Shown one piece after another: positions 56,994 through 64,000 of a stretch of 64,000 nt of DNA (its first letter is position 1; each line of letters starts with the position of its first letter). Origin of the DNA: an uncultured delta proteobacterium (GTDB lineage: Bacteria > Desulfobacterota > Desulfobacteria > Desulfobacterales > B30-G6); assembly GCA_963823335.1 (NCBI GenBank), contig CAWGLD010000003.1, positions 139,319 through 203,318 of the forward strand, read 5' to 3'. The position numbers and the translations under genes are program-made. Under the pieces are notes generated by a model. The model had not been told where the DNA came from, searched no databases, and saw only the letters and a program-made list of their open reading frames with translations.

Positions 56994-57025
56994 ACTTTAA
57001 GCTGCTTACTGCTTAAAGTTTATGG
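56988..57025 (+). terminator. Perfect 15-bp hairpin containing the stop codon
   Basis: ccataaactttaagc-tgcttact-gcttaaagtttatgg; no U tract, so terminator function is uncertain. Confidence 0.5.
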
Positions 57026-57060
57026 ACTATTCCGGTAATTGCCTGTCCCGGCCAGTCAAT

Positions 57061-57228
57061 TTGAACCGAAAAAGCGAGCGCATTCCCCGTAGGTTCTGCC
57101 GTTCGGCAGTGCTTCGCATGCTGCGGGGTTAGCGAGCGAATCTAGATTAGACAGAATTCCTTACGGTCGCTGCGAAGCACTGTCGCACGACAGAACATTC
57201 CTCGTAGCTTGCTGCGAGGTTCTTCAAT
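57061..57228 (+). mobile_element. Repeat family A, full copy
   Basis: Nearly identical to 16992-17158; TTGAA...TTCAA ends. Confidence 0.85.
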
Positions 57229-57432
57229 TAAAAGATGAACATCGAACATCTTTAAAATCATTTTAAACCCAAATCGAATACCTGTAAGGAAGCTTCATTC
57301 AATTGGCATACAAGCGCAAGAATCGGGTTGAAATACAGGTTGCCCCAATATAATATATGGCACAGTGTCGTAATTTTGTACCAAGCTGTTACGGCAATAA
57401 AAGCCTATGACCATTTTATTGGGGGACCGATC

Positions 57433-58326
57433 ATGTCACATGCGACGCTAAGCCAACTCTCACATGATTATTACCGTATCGAAAAAGCGATTGTTTATAT
57501 AAAAGAAAATGTAAACCAACAGCCTGCTCTTGCCGATGTCGCAGAGAGCGTTCACCTGAGCGAATTTCATTTCCAACGAATGTTCAGCCGCTGGGCCGGT
57601 ATCAGCCCCAAGCGCTTTCTACAATTTATTACCAAGGAGTATGCCAAGAAACTGCTACGGAACGCCCGGTCTGTGATGGATACGGCTTATGACATTGGAT
57701 TGTCCGGTGGCAGTCGTTTGCATGATTTGTTCGTGGTCTGTGAGGCGGTGACACCAGGTGAGTTCAAGAGGGGGGCGGACGGTCTGCAAATTTTCTATGG
57801 ATGTCATCCATCCCCGTTTGGGTATTGCCTGCTGGGTGCCACTGAACGGGGTGTTTGTTACCTGGAATTTCAACCGGATGGCCGAAAGAATCCGTCCATC
57901 CAAGGTATTCGAAAACGATGGCCCAATGCAGATATTGTTTTAAAGCCAAAGAAAAGCCAGGCGCTTGTAAAGAAAATATTTGATTTCAACCCGGCATCAG
58001 GCAGCGCCCCTCTGTCTTTGTACGTTAAAGGCACTAACTTCCAGATAAAGGTGTGGGAAGCCTTGCTGAAAATTCCTCTGGGAAAGATGGTCACCTACGA
58101 AGATGTCGCCAGACAGATCAGGAGGCCCAAAGCGGCACGGGCGGTGGGTAACGCGGTGGGGCAGAACCCCATTCCCTTCCTGATACCCTGCCATCGTGTT
58201 ATCAGAAAAATGGGTGAGTTTGGCAACTATGGTGGTGGCAAGGAGCGCAAAAAGGCCATGCTGGGATGGGAGGCAGCAATAACTTCTGTGGGCCAGGGCC
58301 CGAGATCCCAAGGCTCAGAGGGCTGA
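57433..58326 (+). CDS. Bifunctional AraC-HTH / O6-methylguanine-DNA methyltransferase (Ada-like, no N-terminal Zn domain)
   Basis: LSEFHFQRMFSRWAGISPK, GTNFQIKVW, ARAVGNAV, active site IPCHRVI. Confidence 0.9.
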   Translation: MSHATLSQLSHDYYRIEKAIVYIKENVNQQPALADVAESVHLSEFHFQRMFSRWAGISPKRFLQFITKEYAKKLLRNARSVMDTAYDIGLSGGSRLHDLFVVCEAVTPGEFKRGADGLQIFYGCHPSPFGYCLLGATERGVCYLEFQPDGRKNPSIQGIRKRWPNADIVLKPKKSQALVKKIFDFNPASGSAPLSLYVKGTNFQIKVWEALLKIPLGKMVTYEDVARQIRRPKAARAVGNAVGQNPIPFLIPCHRVIRKMGEFGNYGGGKERKKAMLGWEAAITSVGQGPRSQGSEG

Positions 58327-58353
58327 TAGGGCAGGGCTGGATGGAGAAGAATA

Positions 58354-59229
58354 TTGCGATATGAAGGTCCTATATACCGCCCCCCGAGCGAAGCCGACAG
58401 CCTTCTGATACAGGCTACTTTAGGCTGCCCGCATAACAAATGCAGCTTTTGCATGGTTTATAAAAAGGGGCCACGCTATAGCGTCCGACCCGTCCACGAT
58501 ATATGTGAAGACATTGACGAAGCGTTTAATCAATACGGCGTTAAGGTGCGGTCGGTCTTTTTCCCTGCTGGCAACAGCATTGCCATGCCTACCAGAGAAC
58601 TTGCAACCATCTGCCGCTACTGCAAAAAGAAGTTCCCTGGACTTCAGCGAATTACCGTCTATGGGTCTTCGCAATACATTGCCCAAAAGGGTTTACATGA
58701 CCTGAAGAAGCTTAGGGAGGCGGGTTTGAGCCGCATTCATATAGGACTTGAAAGCGGTGATGATAAGTTACTAAAAAGAGTAAAGAAAGGCACTAACGCT
58801 GCAGAACAAATAGAGGCCGGACAACTTGTCAAACAAGCTGGCATACAGCTAAGCGAATATGTCATCCTTGGTCTTGGAGGAACCGAAAGATCAACAGATC
58901 ATGCGTTAAAGACAGCTGAGGCGATCAATTCAATTGCGCCTGATTTTTTAAGATTGAGAACCCTGGTTCCAAAAATAAACACCCTGTTGCTACACCAGAT
59001 CAACAAAGGCAGGTTTCAGCTTTTATCTCCATATCAGATTCTTCGGGAAACACGGATGTTGATCGAAAATGTGTCCGTTTCAACCACCCTGGCAAGTGAC
59101 CACTATACCAACTATTTGAATCTATCTGGTGCATTGCCGGAAGAAAAAGATAGATTGCTCGAGACCATCGATCAGGCCTTAACCTGGGATTCAAGTCACT
59201 TCCGTGCAAATTTTATTGGAACTCAGTAG
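58354..59229 (+). CDS. Radical SAM protein of unknown function
   Basis: YRPPSEADSLLIQATLGCPHNKCSFC, GLESGDD, SDHYTNY. Confidence 0.88.
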   Translation: MRYEGPIYRPPSEADSLLIQATLGCPHNKCSFCMVYKKGPRYSVRPVHDICEDIDEAFNQYGVKVRSVFFPAGNSIAMPTRELATICRYCKKKFPGLQRITVYGSSQYIAQKGLHDLKKLREAGLSRIHIGLESGDDKLLKRVKKGTNAAEQIEAGQLVKQAGIQLSEYVILGLGGTERSTDHALKTAEAINSIAPDFLRLRTLVPKINTLLLHQINKGRFQLLSPYQILRETRMLIENVSVSTTLASDHYTNYLNLSGALPEEKDRLLETIDQALTWDSSHFRANFIGTQ

Positions 59230-59504
59230 CTACGCGATAAGACTCCTCACTTTAATTGTAACCGATATAGTGAAGATTAGATAACATCCAATATTCTAAA
59301 ATTTATATTAATTTTTCATCTATGTTAAATGGGTTAAATCACCTTTTCAATTTTTACTGCGCGAATAAAAGAAATTATGGTTTTTCACGATATTTAGGAG
59401 ATGGATACGATTTGTATCCTTATTTTTTTCAATATTTCAGTATACCGCAAGAATAGTTCTTCCGATGTAAAAAGAAGACACGCAGGTTCGATGGTAAAAC
59501 CTTT

Positions 59505-59894
59505 ATGGGATTTCGAAGAAAATTTAGCATATTAGTTGTCTTGTTTCTTGTGGCGGGTGTTTTCGCAAACAGCGCATTGGCTGAGGTCTGCTTCTGCGGA
59601 CAAGCCTGCTTGCATGGTTTTCAACCTAAATCAAAAATAAACATTACTTTTCATATGCGTTGCCCTGGCACTCTTTGTAAGAGTTGTGATTTGGAAGAGA
59701 GCCTAACACTCAGATCCACAACCCATAGAACCCAGTCCCTTGATTTGAAAAGCCTTGATGCTGCCTTCATCCCACCTCCATTTAACTCTCATCCGTTCAC
59801 GAATGATATCCTTAAGGGAGTTCATTCTTTTCAAACTTTCGAAACAGATCCTTCTTTGCCGCTCTACCTGCAGAATCTCACCTTCCTCTGTTGA
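59505..59894 (+). CDS. Small exported Cys/His-rich protein (DUF2946-like architecture)
   Basis: Signal-like helix; CFCGQAC and C..CKSC; C-terminal PLYLQNLTFLC. Confidence 0.6.
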   Translation: MGFRRKFSILVVLFLVAGVFANSALAEVCFCGQACLHGFQPKSKINITFHMRCPGTLCKSCDLEESLTLRSTTHRTQSLDLKSLDAAFIPPPFNSHPFTNDILKGVHSFQTFETDPSLPLYLQNLTFLC

Positions 59895-60003
59895 TTCTCG
59901 AAACAGATTTTCCGGTTAAATCACCGCTTGTTTTAAATCTATGATTGGTTCATCCAACACTGGTTGGGTAATAGATAACGTAACGATTTTACGGTAAACA
60001 GAA

Positions 60004-60432
60004 ATGAAAGAAACTATTTACAGATTGGGCGAGTACAAAATCATCGAATCCGATACCGGGCAGTTGATGTGGGAGGCCCATTTCGGGTTCGGTGAATCCG
60101 AAAAGGGACGATGTTTTAGAAAAGGAAGCGTCTTGTTCATTGGTTCGGCAGAGAATTGCCGGAATGGATTTTTGAAAGGAGAATTTCTTGACGATCTAAA
60201 AAAGTACCCAAAGTGGGGCAAAACGAAGTTTTATTGTATTGGTGTTTGCGTTCACCATTGCAAAAACGGCAAGAGCGTATGCTTAGCAGTAATGGTCTTT
60301 CTTGGATTTACTGTGAAATTAAGGCTGGCCCCGAAGAGAATACAGCGGTTTGTTTATCGCTTGCACACTGGATTGGCGGCAATTTCAGTTATGATTGTTC
60401 TGTTGATGGCCGGCCATATGATTGTTGATTAA
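60004..60432 (+). CDS. Hypothetical protein, possibly a deletion chimera
   Basis: Soluble N-part changes abruptly to a hydrophobic membrane-type C-part after CKNGKSV. Confidence 0.5.
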   Translation: MKETIYRLGEYKIIESDTGQLMWEAHFGFGESEKGRCFRKGSVLFIGSAENCRNGFLKGEFLDDLKKYPKWGKTKFYCIGVCVHHCKNGKSVCLAVMVFLGFTVKLRLAPKRIQRFVYRLHTGLAAISVMIVLLMAGHMIVD

Positions 60433-60456
60433 AAAAAACCATCGCTGGGGAATAGC

Positions 60457-61611
60457 ATGTTCGGAACCATTCTCATTTCCATCTGTACATTCATGCATGT
60501 CTATGTTTTTTGGCGTGCTGCGTCCGTGCCGTTTGTAGATCAACACATATCCAAAAAAGTCTTGATTGGAGCGGCAGTTATCCTGTGGGTCCTTTTTTAC
60601 CTTGGCCGCGTTGTCGGTCATGGCGGAACGGGAATTCTTGCAATAGCGCTCGAATTTATGGGCATGACCTGGATGGCAGTTCTTTTTTTGACATTTGTTC
60701 TCCTCGTCACAATCGACCTCATCACCCTTTTTGGTTTCTTAATGCCAAAGGTATCGCCTTCGTTGCGAGGCTGGGCTCTGTTGGCCGGTGTAATCCTTTC
60801 CGGGATAGCTCTTTTCCAGGGACTGCGTCCGCCAGTGATTGAAACCTATGAGGTGAGCCTCCCCGGCCTGCCCAAAACATTGGATGGGACGGTGCTCGTT
60901 GCCCTTTCCGATATGCATCTCGGCTCGCAGCTCGGGGAGAAATGGCTGGCAGCCAGGGTTGCTCAGGTAAACGAACAAAAGCCCGATATCGTGGTTTTGC
61001 TCGGGGACATCTTCGAAGGCCATGGGCCACCTGATGGTCAACTGATTTCCCTTTTCAAGAAACTCAACGCCCCCATGGGTGTATGGGCGGTTCCAGGGAA
61101 TCACGAGTTCCACGGTGGAGACAATATGAGCCTTTTCCACGCGGCGAACTTTAAGCTGCTGCGCAATAGTTGGACAGAAATCAAACCCGGTCTCGTCTTG
61201 GCGGGTTTGGATGACCTAACCGCTGTACGCCGAAACGGTCTCTCTGGCGATCCTGTCACGCAAACCATCGTGGAACATCCTGCCGGCGCTATCATCCTTC
61301 TTTCTCACACACCATGGGAAACGGAAACGGCAGCCAACGCTGGTGTGGATCTAATGCTATCCGGTCATACCCACGGTGGACAGATATGGCCGTTCGACTA
61401 TCTGGTACGTAGCCGGTACCCACTGCTGGAGGGACGTTATGAAATCGATGGCATGACAGTTATTGTCTGCAGGGGAACGGGCACCTGGGGTCCGCGCATG
61501 AGGCTTTGGAGGCCCAGTGAAATCCTGCATGTCACACTCAGAAGAAAGGGAGATAATTTATCTCAATATTCCGCTGAAAAAACCGAATATCATTATATCG
61601 CTGAAGAATAA
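60457..61611 (+). CDS. Membrane-anchored metallophosphoesterase (YkuE/YaeI-like)
   Basis: N-terminal TMs; SDMHLG, GDIFE, GNHE, LSH, SGHTHGGQ. Confidence 0.9.
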   Translation: MFGTILISICTFMHVYVFWRAASVPFVDQHISKKVLIGAAVILWVLFYLGRVVGHGGTGILAIALEFMGMTWMAVLFLTFVLLVTIDLITLFGFLMPKVSPSLRGWALLAGVILSGIALFQGLRPPVIETYEVSLPGLPKTLDGTVLVALSDMHLGSQLGEKWLAARVAQVNEQKPDIVVLLGDIFEGHGPPDGQLISLFKKLNAPMGVWAVPGNHEFHGGDNMSLFHAANFKLLRNSWTEIKPGLVLAGLDDLTAVRRNGLSGDPVTQTIVEHPAGAIILLSHTPWETETAANAGVDLMLSGHTHGGQIWPFDYLVRSRYPLLEGRYEIDGMTVIVCRGTGTWGPRMRLWRPSEILHVTLRRKGDNLSQYSAEKTEYHYIAEE

Positions 61612-61816
61612 TTGTCCTATTCGTGAGTCCCACCCAGAATCTACAGATCAACTATACCGCTCATAAGCATTCGTAACACACTGTATGTTGTGGTTGTTTA
61701 CTGGAGGCTAAGCGTGATGTGACATCTTTCCCGTTGATTTGGTTGTAAAACTGGTAAGGCAACATCGATCTTCTCCTGAAAAATTATAATTTGTCAAAGC
61801 TATGGTAATTATTTCG

Positions 61817-61861
61817 TTGACAGAACTATAATAATTGGTATAGTTAGTTCATATAAACTAA
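61817..61861 (+). promoter_or_regulatory. Promoter with MarR-type operator
   Basis: TTGACA-16 nt-TATAGT overlapping TTAGTT-CATATA-AACTAA (61844-61861). Confidence 0.7.
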
Positions 61862-61876
61862 TATAAGGGCTAAGCT

Positions 61877-62296
61877 ATGAAATATACTTTAGTAGAACTT
61901 ATTACAATTATAACGAAATTAATTGGCGACCTGGAAGCGCAGTTTATCAAAAAATTCCAGGAAGAAGGTTTTACAGCACGTCAGATTGTGTATATCGAAA
62001 CGATTAACACACTAGACAATCCCAATTTAGGAGAGATCGCCAAGGCATTGAAGTTAAGCAAGCCGTCTGTTACTGCCATTGTGGATAAACTGGCCAGAAA
62101 AGGTTACATCGAGAAATTTCAATCAGATGAGGACAGGCGTTCTTTTCATGTTCATCTTAGCGCTAAAGGAAATATGCTCGTTAGAATGCATGAAAAAACT
62201 CATAACAAGATAGTTGAAATGCTCCAGAATAATCTGGACAGTAAAGACCTGAAAAAGCTTGTGACAATATTAAATAAGGTCGCATCAAAAGTTTAA
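61877..62296 (+). CDS. MarR-family regulator
   Basis: GEIAKALKLSKPSVTAIVDKL..GYIEKFQSDEDRRS..LSAKG. Confidence 0.92.
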   Translation: MKYTLVELITIITKLIGDLEAQFIKKFQEEGFTARQIVYIETINTLDNPNLGEIAKALKLSKPSVTAIVDKLARKGYIEKFQSDEDRRSFHVHLSAKGNMLVRMHEKTHNKIVEMLQNNLDSKDLKKLVTILNKVASKV

Positions 62297-62314
62297 TTTT
62301 ATTTAACATATTAA

Positions 62315-62332
62315 TTAGTTCGATCAAACTAA
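62315..62332. promoter_or_regulatory. Second MarR-type operator
   Basis: TTAGTT-CGATCA-AACTAA, same arms as 61844-61861. Confidence 0.7.
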
Positions 62333-62346
62333 ATAGAGGGGGTTGC

Positions 62347-62949
62347 ATGAATTATTTTGATTATTTTCAGGTCATAACCCTAATTATCTTTCTGTTGTTA
62401 TTTTTTGGAAGGACTATCTGGCTTAGGATAAAAGGCACTAAAGTATTTGTCATAGGAAGCGGTAAAAAAGGGTTCACTGCTCTTCTGGAAAAAAGTTTTT
62501 TAATTTTTTTTCCGATCTGGTTGATTGAAATAGGTATTCATTCATTGCACCTAAACATCCAATTCCTGCCGTTGGTGCTGATCAAGCAAATTTTCAAAAA
62601 TCAGATCACTCAGTTTGCCGGTGCTATTGTCATATTAGTCGGTCTTCTTGTTTTCTGTCTTGCCCTGATATCTTTTAAATTTTCGTGGCGTGTGGGTATT
62701 GATACTGTGTCGCCCGGAGATCTTATTACAACCGGAGTTTTCTCCGTAACAAGGAACCCGATATTCTTATCCATGGATCTTTATTTTCTGGGAACATTTC
62801 TTATATACAGCAATCAATTTTTTTTATTTTGTTTCGTCTGTATAGCCCTTGGTTTTCATATTCAGATTCGTCAGGAAGAAATATTTTTGATTGAGAGATA
62901 TGGAGATATGTACCGTAAATACATGGCACAGGTGAATAGATATATTTAA
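62347..62949 (+). CDS. Isoprenylcysteine carboxyl methyltransferase / PEMT-family membrane protein
   Basis: SWRVGID, LITTGVFSVTRNPIF, EEIFL..YGDMYRKY..V.RY. Confidence 0.85.
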   Translation: MNYFDYFQVITLIIFLLLFFGRTIWLRIKGTKVFVIGSGKKGFTALLEKSFLIFFPIWLIEIGIHSLHLNIQFLPLVLIKQIFKNQITQFAGAIVILVGLLVFCLALISFKFSWRVGIDTVSPGDLITTGVFSVTRNPIFLSMDLYFLGTFLIYSNQFFLFCFVCIALGFHIQIRQEEIFLIERYGDMYRKYMAQVNRYI

Positions 62950-62985
62950 ACAAAGGATTTAGTGAATACAGGAAGGATCATCATT

Positions 62986-63084
62986 ATGCCGAAACTGAGT
63001 AAATTTGGGGAATGGAAAAATCCGGGAAAAGTTTTCATAACCGGCGCATCGGCCGGGATCGGCGCTTCCTATGCTAACCGCTGA
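62986..63084 (+). pseudogene. N-terminal fragment of a short-chain dehydrogenase
   Basis: MPKLSKFGEWKNPGKVFITGASAGIGASYANR*: TGxxxGIG motif followed by a stop after 32 codons. Confidence 0.7.
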
Positions 63085-63214
63085 GAAAGGGATTTATGAT
63101 GATGACGATATTAAGATTCCTAAGTGATGGCCCTTTAATAATTGAATTAAGCCGCCCGAGGGTATATTTTCGGCGCCGACATTACACAATCAAACCATGG
63201 GAGGGGACAAACAG

Positions 63215-63691
63215 GTGAAAGATTCCATACGCACAGGCATTTCTTTCGGGCTGACATCAGCAGTCATCACGACGCTTGGTCTGATGGTCGGTTTGCATTC
63301 CGGAACTCATTCGAAGATTGTGGTCCTTGCCGGAATTCTGACCATCGCCATTGCCGACGCTTTTTCAGATGCCCTGGGTATCCACGTTTCAGAGGAAGCT
63401 GAAAACAAACATACAAGCAAGGAAATATGGACAGCCACGATTTCGACCTTTTTGGCGAAGTTTCTATTTGCGATGACCTTCGTAGTGCCGGTGATTATAT
63501 TCACTCTATCCACTGCAATTGTTATTAGCTTGATATGGGGGTTGTCAATTCTTTCGCTACTGAGCTACTCTATCGCAAAATCGCAGAGTGAACCAGCATG
63601 GAAAATTGTTGGGGAACACCTTATGATTGCCATCGTTGTGATTGGAATTACACAGTGGGTAGGCAATTGGGTTGGAAAGCTTAATGCTTGA
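63215..63691 (+). CDS. VIT1/CCC1-like membrane protein
   Basis: FGLTSAVITTLGLMVG, IADAFSDALGIHVSEE; start GTG 63215 or ATG 63197. Confidence 0.8.
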   Translation: MKDSIRTGISFGLTSAVITTLGLMVGLHSGTHSKIVVLAGILTIAIADAFSDALGIHVSEEAENKHTSKEIWTATISTFLAKFLFAMTFVVPVIIFTLSTAIVISLIWGLSILSLLSYSIAKSQSEPAWKIVGEHLMIAIVVIGITQWVGNWVGKLNA

Positions 63692-63716
63692 ACCATTGTA
63701 AACACGGAATCAAAGG

Positions 63717-64000
63717 ATGATAGAAACCATAATATTGACTCTGGTTATAGGAGTTGTCCTCTTTGAGTTGATTGAGCACGTGGTTTTTCCTCTGTTCTGG
63801 TCTGTCATGGGGAGGAAGAGAAAATCTGTTTGTGGGATGACTGGCATGTTGGGTAAGGTGGGTGAGGTTAAACAGTGGAAGAATAATGAAGGAAAAGTTT
63901 TCGTGAACGGGGAACTATGGCAGGCTGTCAGTAAAGTTCCTTTATTGCCGGGAGATAGAGTGGTTATTCAAAATGTGGAAGGGTTGATATTGAAGGTAAC
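63717..64000 (+). CDS. NfeD-like C-terminal OB-fold protein (runs off the window)
   Basis: Manual translation MIETIILTLVIGVVLFELIEHVVFPLFW..GMLGKVGEV..GKVFVNGELWQAVS..GDRVVIQNVEGLILKV. Confidence 0.85.
   Translation, partial: MIETIILTLVIGVVLFELIEHVVFPLFWSVMGRKRKSVCGMTGMLGKVGEVKQWKNNEGKVFVNGELWQAVSKVPLLPGDRVVIQNVEGLILKV

Overview
Bacterial chromosomal window with no rRNA, tRNA, CRISPR array or intact transposase recognised. Gene content suggests a Desulfobacterota/deltaproteobacterial genome (inference). Main blocks: (1) a decayed TonB-receptor + HAMP/PAS adenylate cyclase pair and a sodium:solute symporter; (2) a Pfa-type iterative lipid synthase locus (PfaA-like KS-AT-ACP2-KR-DH, a divergent HTH gene, pfaD coupled to xerD) with no pfaB/pfaC in view; (3) CHASE2 cyclase, PP2C phosphatase and double-FHA protein; (4) recC, recB, recD interrupted by gpt, a small Cys protein and repeats; (5) fabH-like KAS III, a PEP-CTERM pseudogene, a Nudix gene and an orphan RiPP-type B12 radical SAM; (6) a tandem pair of dynamin-like GTPases followed by an AT-rich island with an unannotated 53-aa acidic ORF; (7) a signalling cluster of two paralogous 3TM Ser/Thr kinases flanking a DUF4388-MshEN protein, an ExeA-OmpA ATPase and a vWA-TM-FHA protein; (8) ada-like, radical SAM, metallophosphoesterase, MarR, ICMT, VIT and NfeD genes. 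Intergenic DNA is unusually structured. At least five families of small non-autonomous elements occur, often nested and often supplying stop codons. There are also many inverted arms of tandem 7-, 8- or 9-mers, one pair still enclosing a remnant four-helix-bundle (bAvd-like) gene. The best candidates for an undescribed system are the oligomer-arm cassettes and the kinase-MshEN-kinase/ExeA/vWA-FHA cluster.
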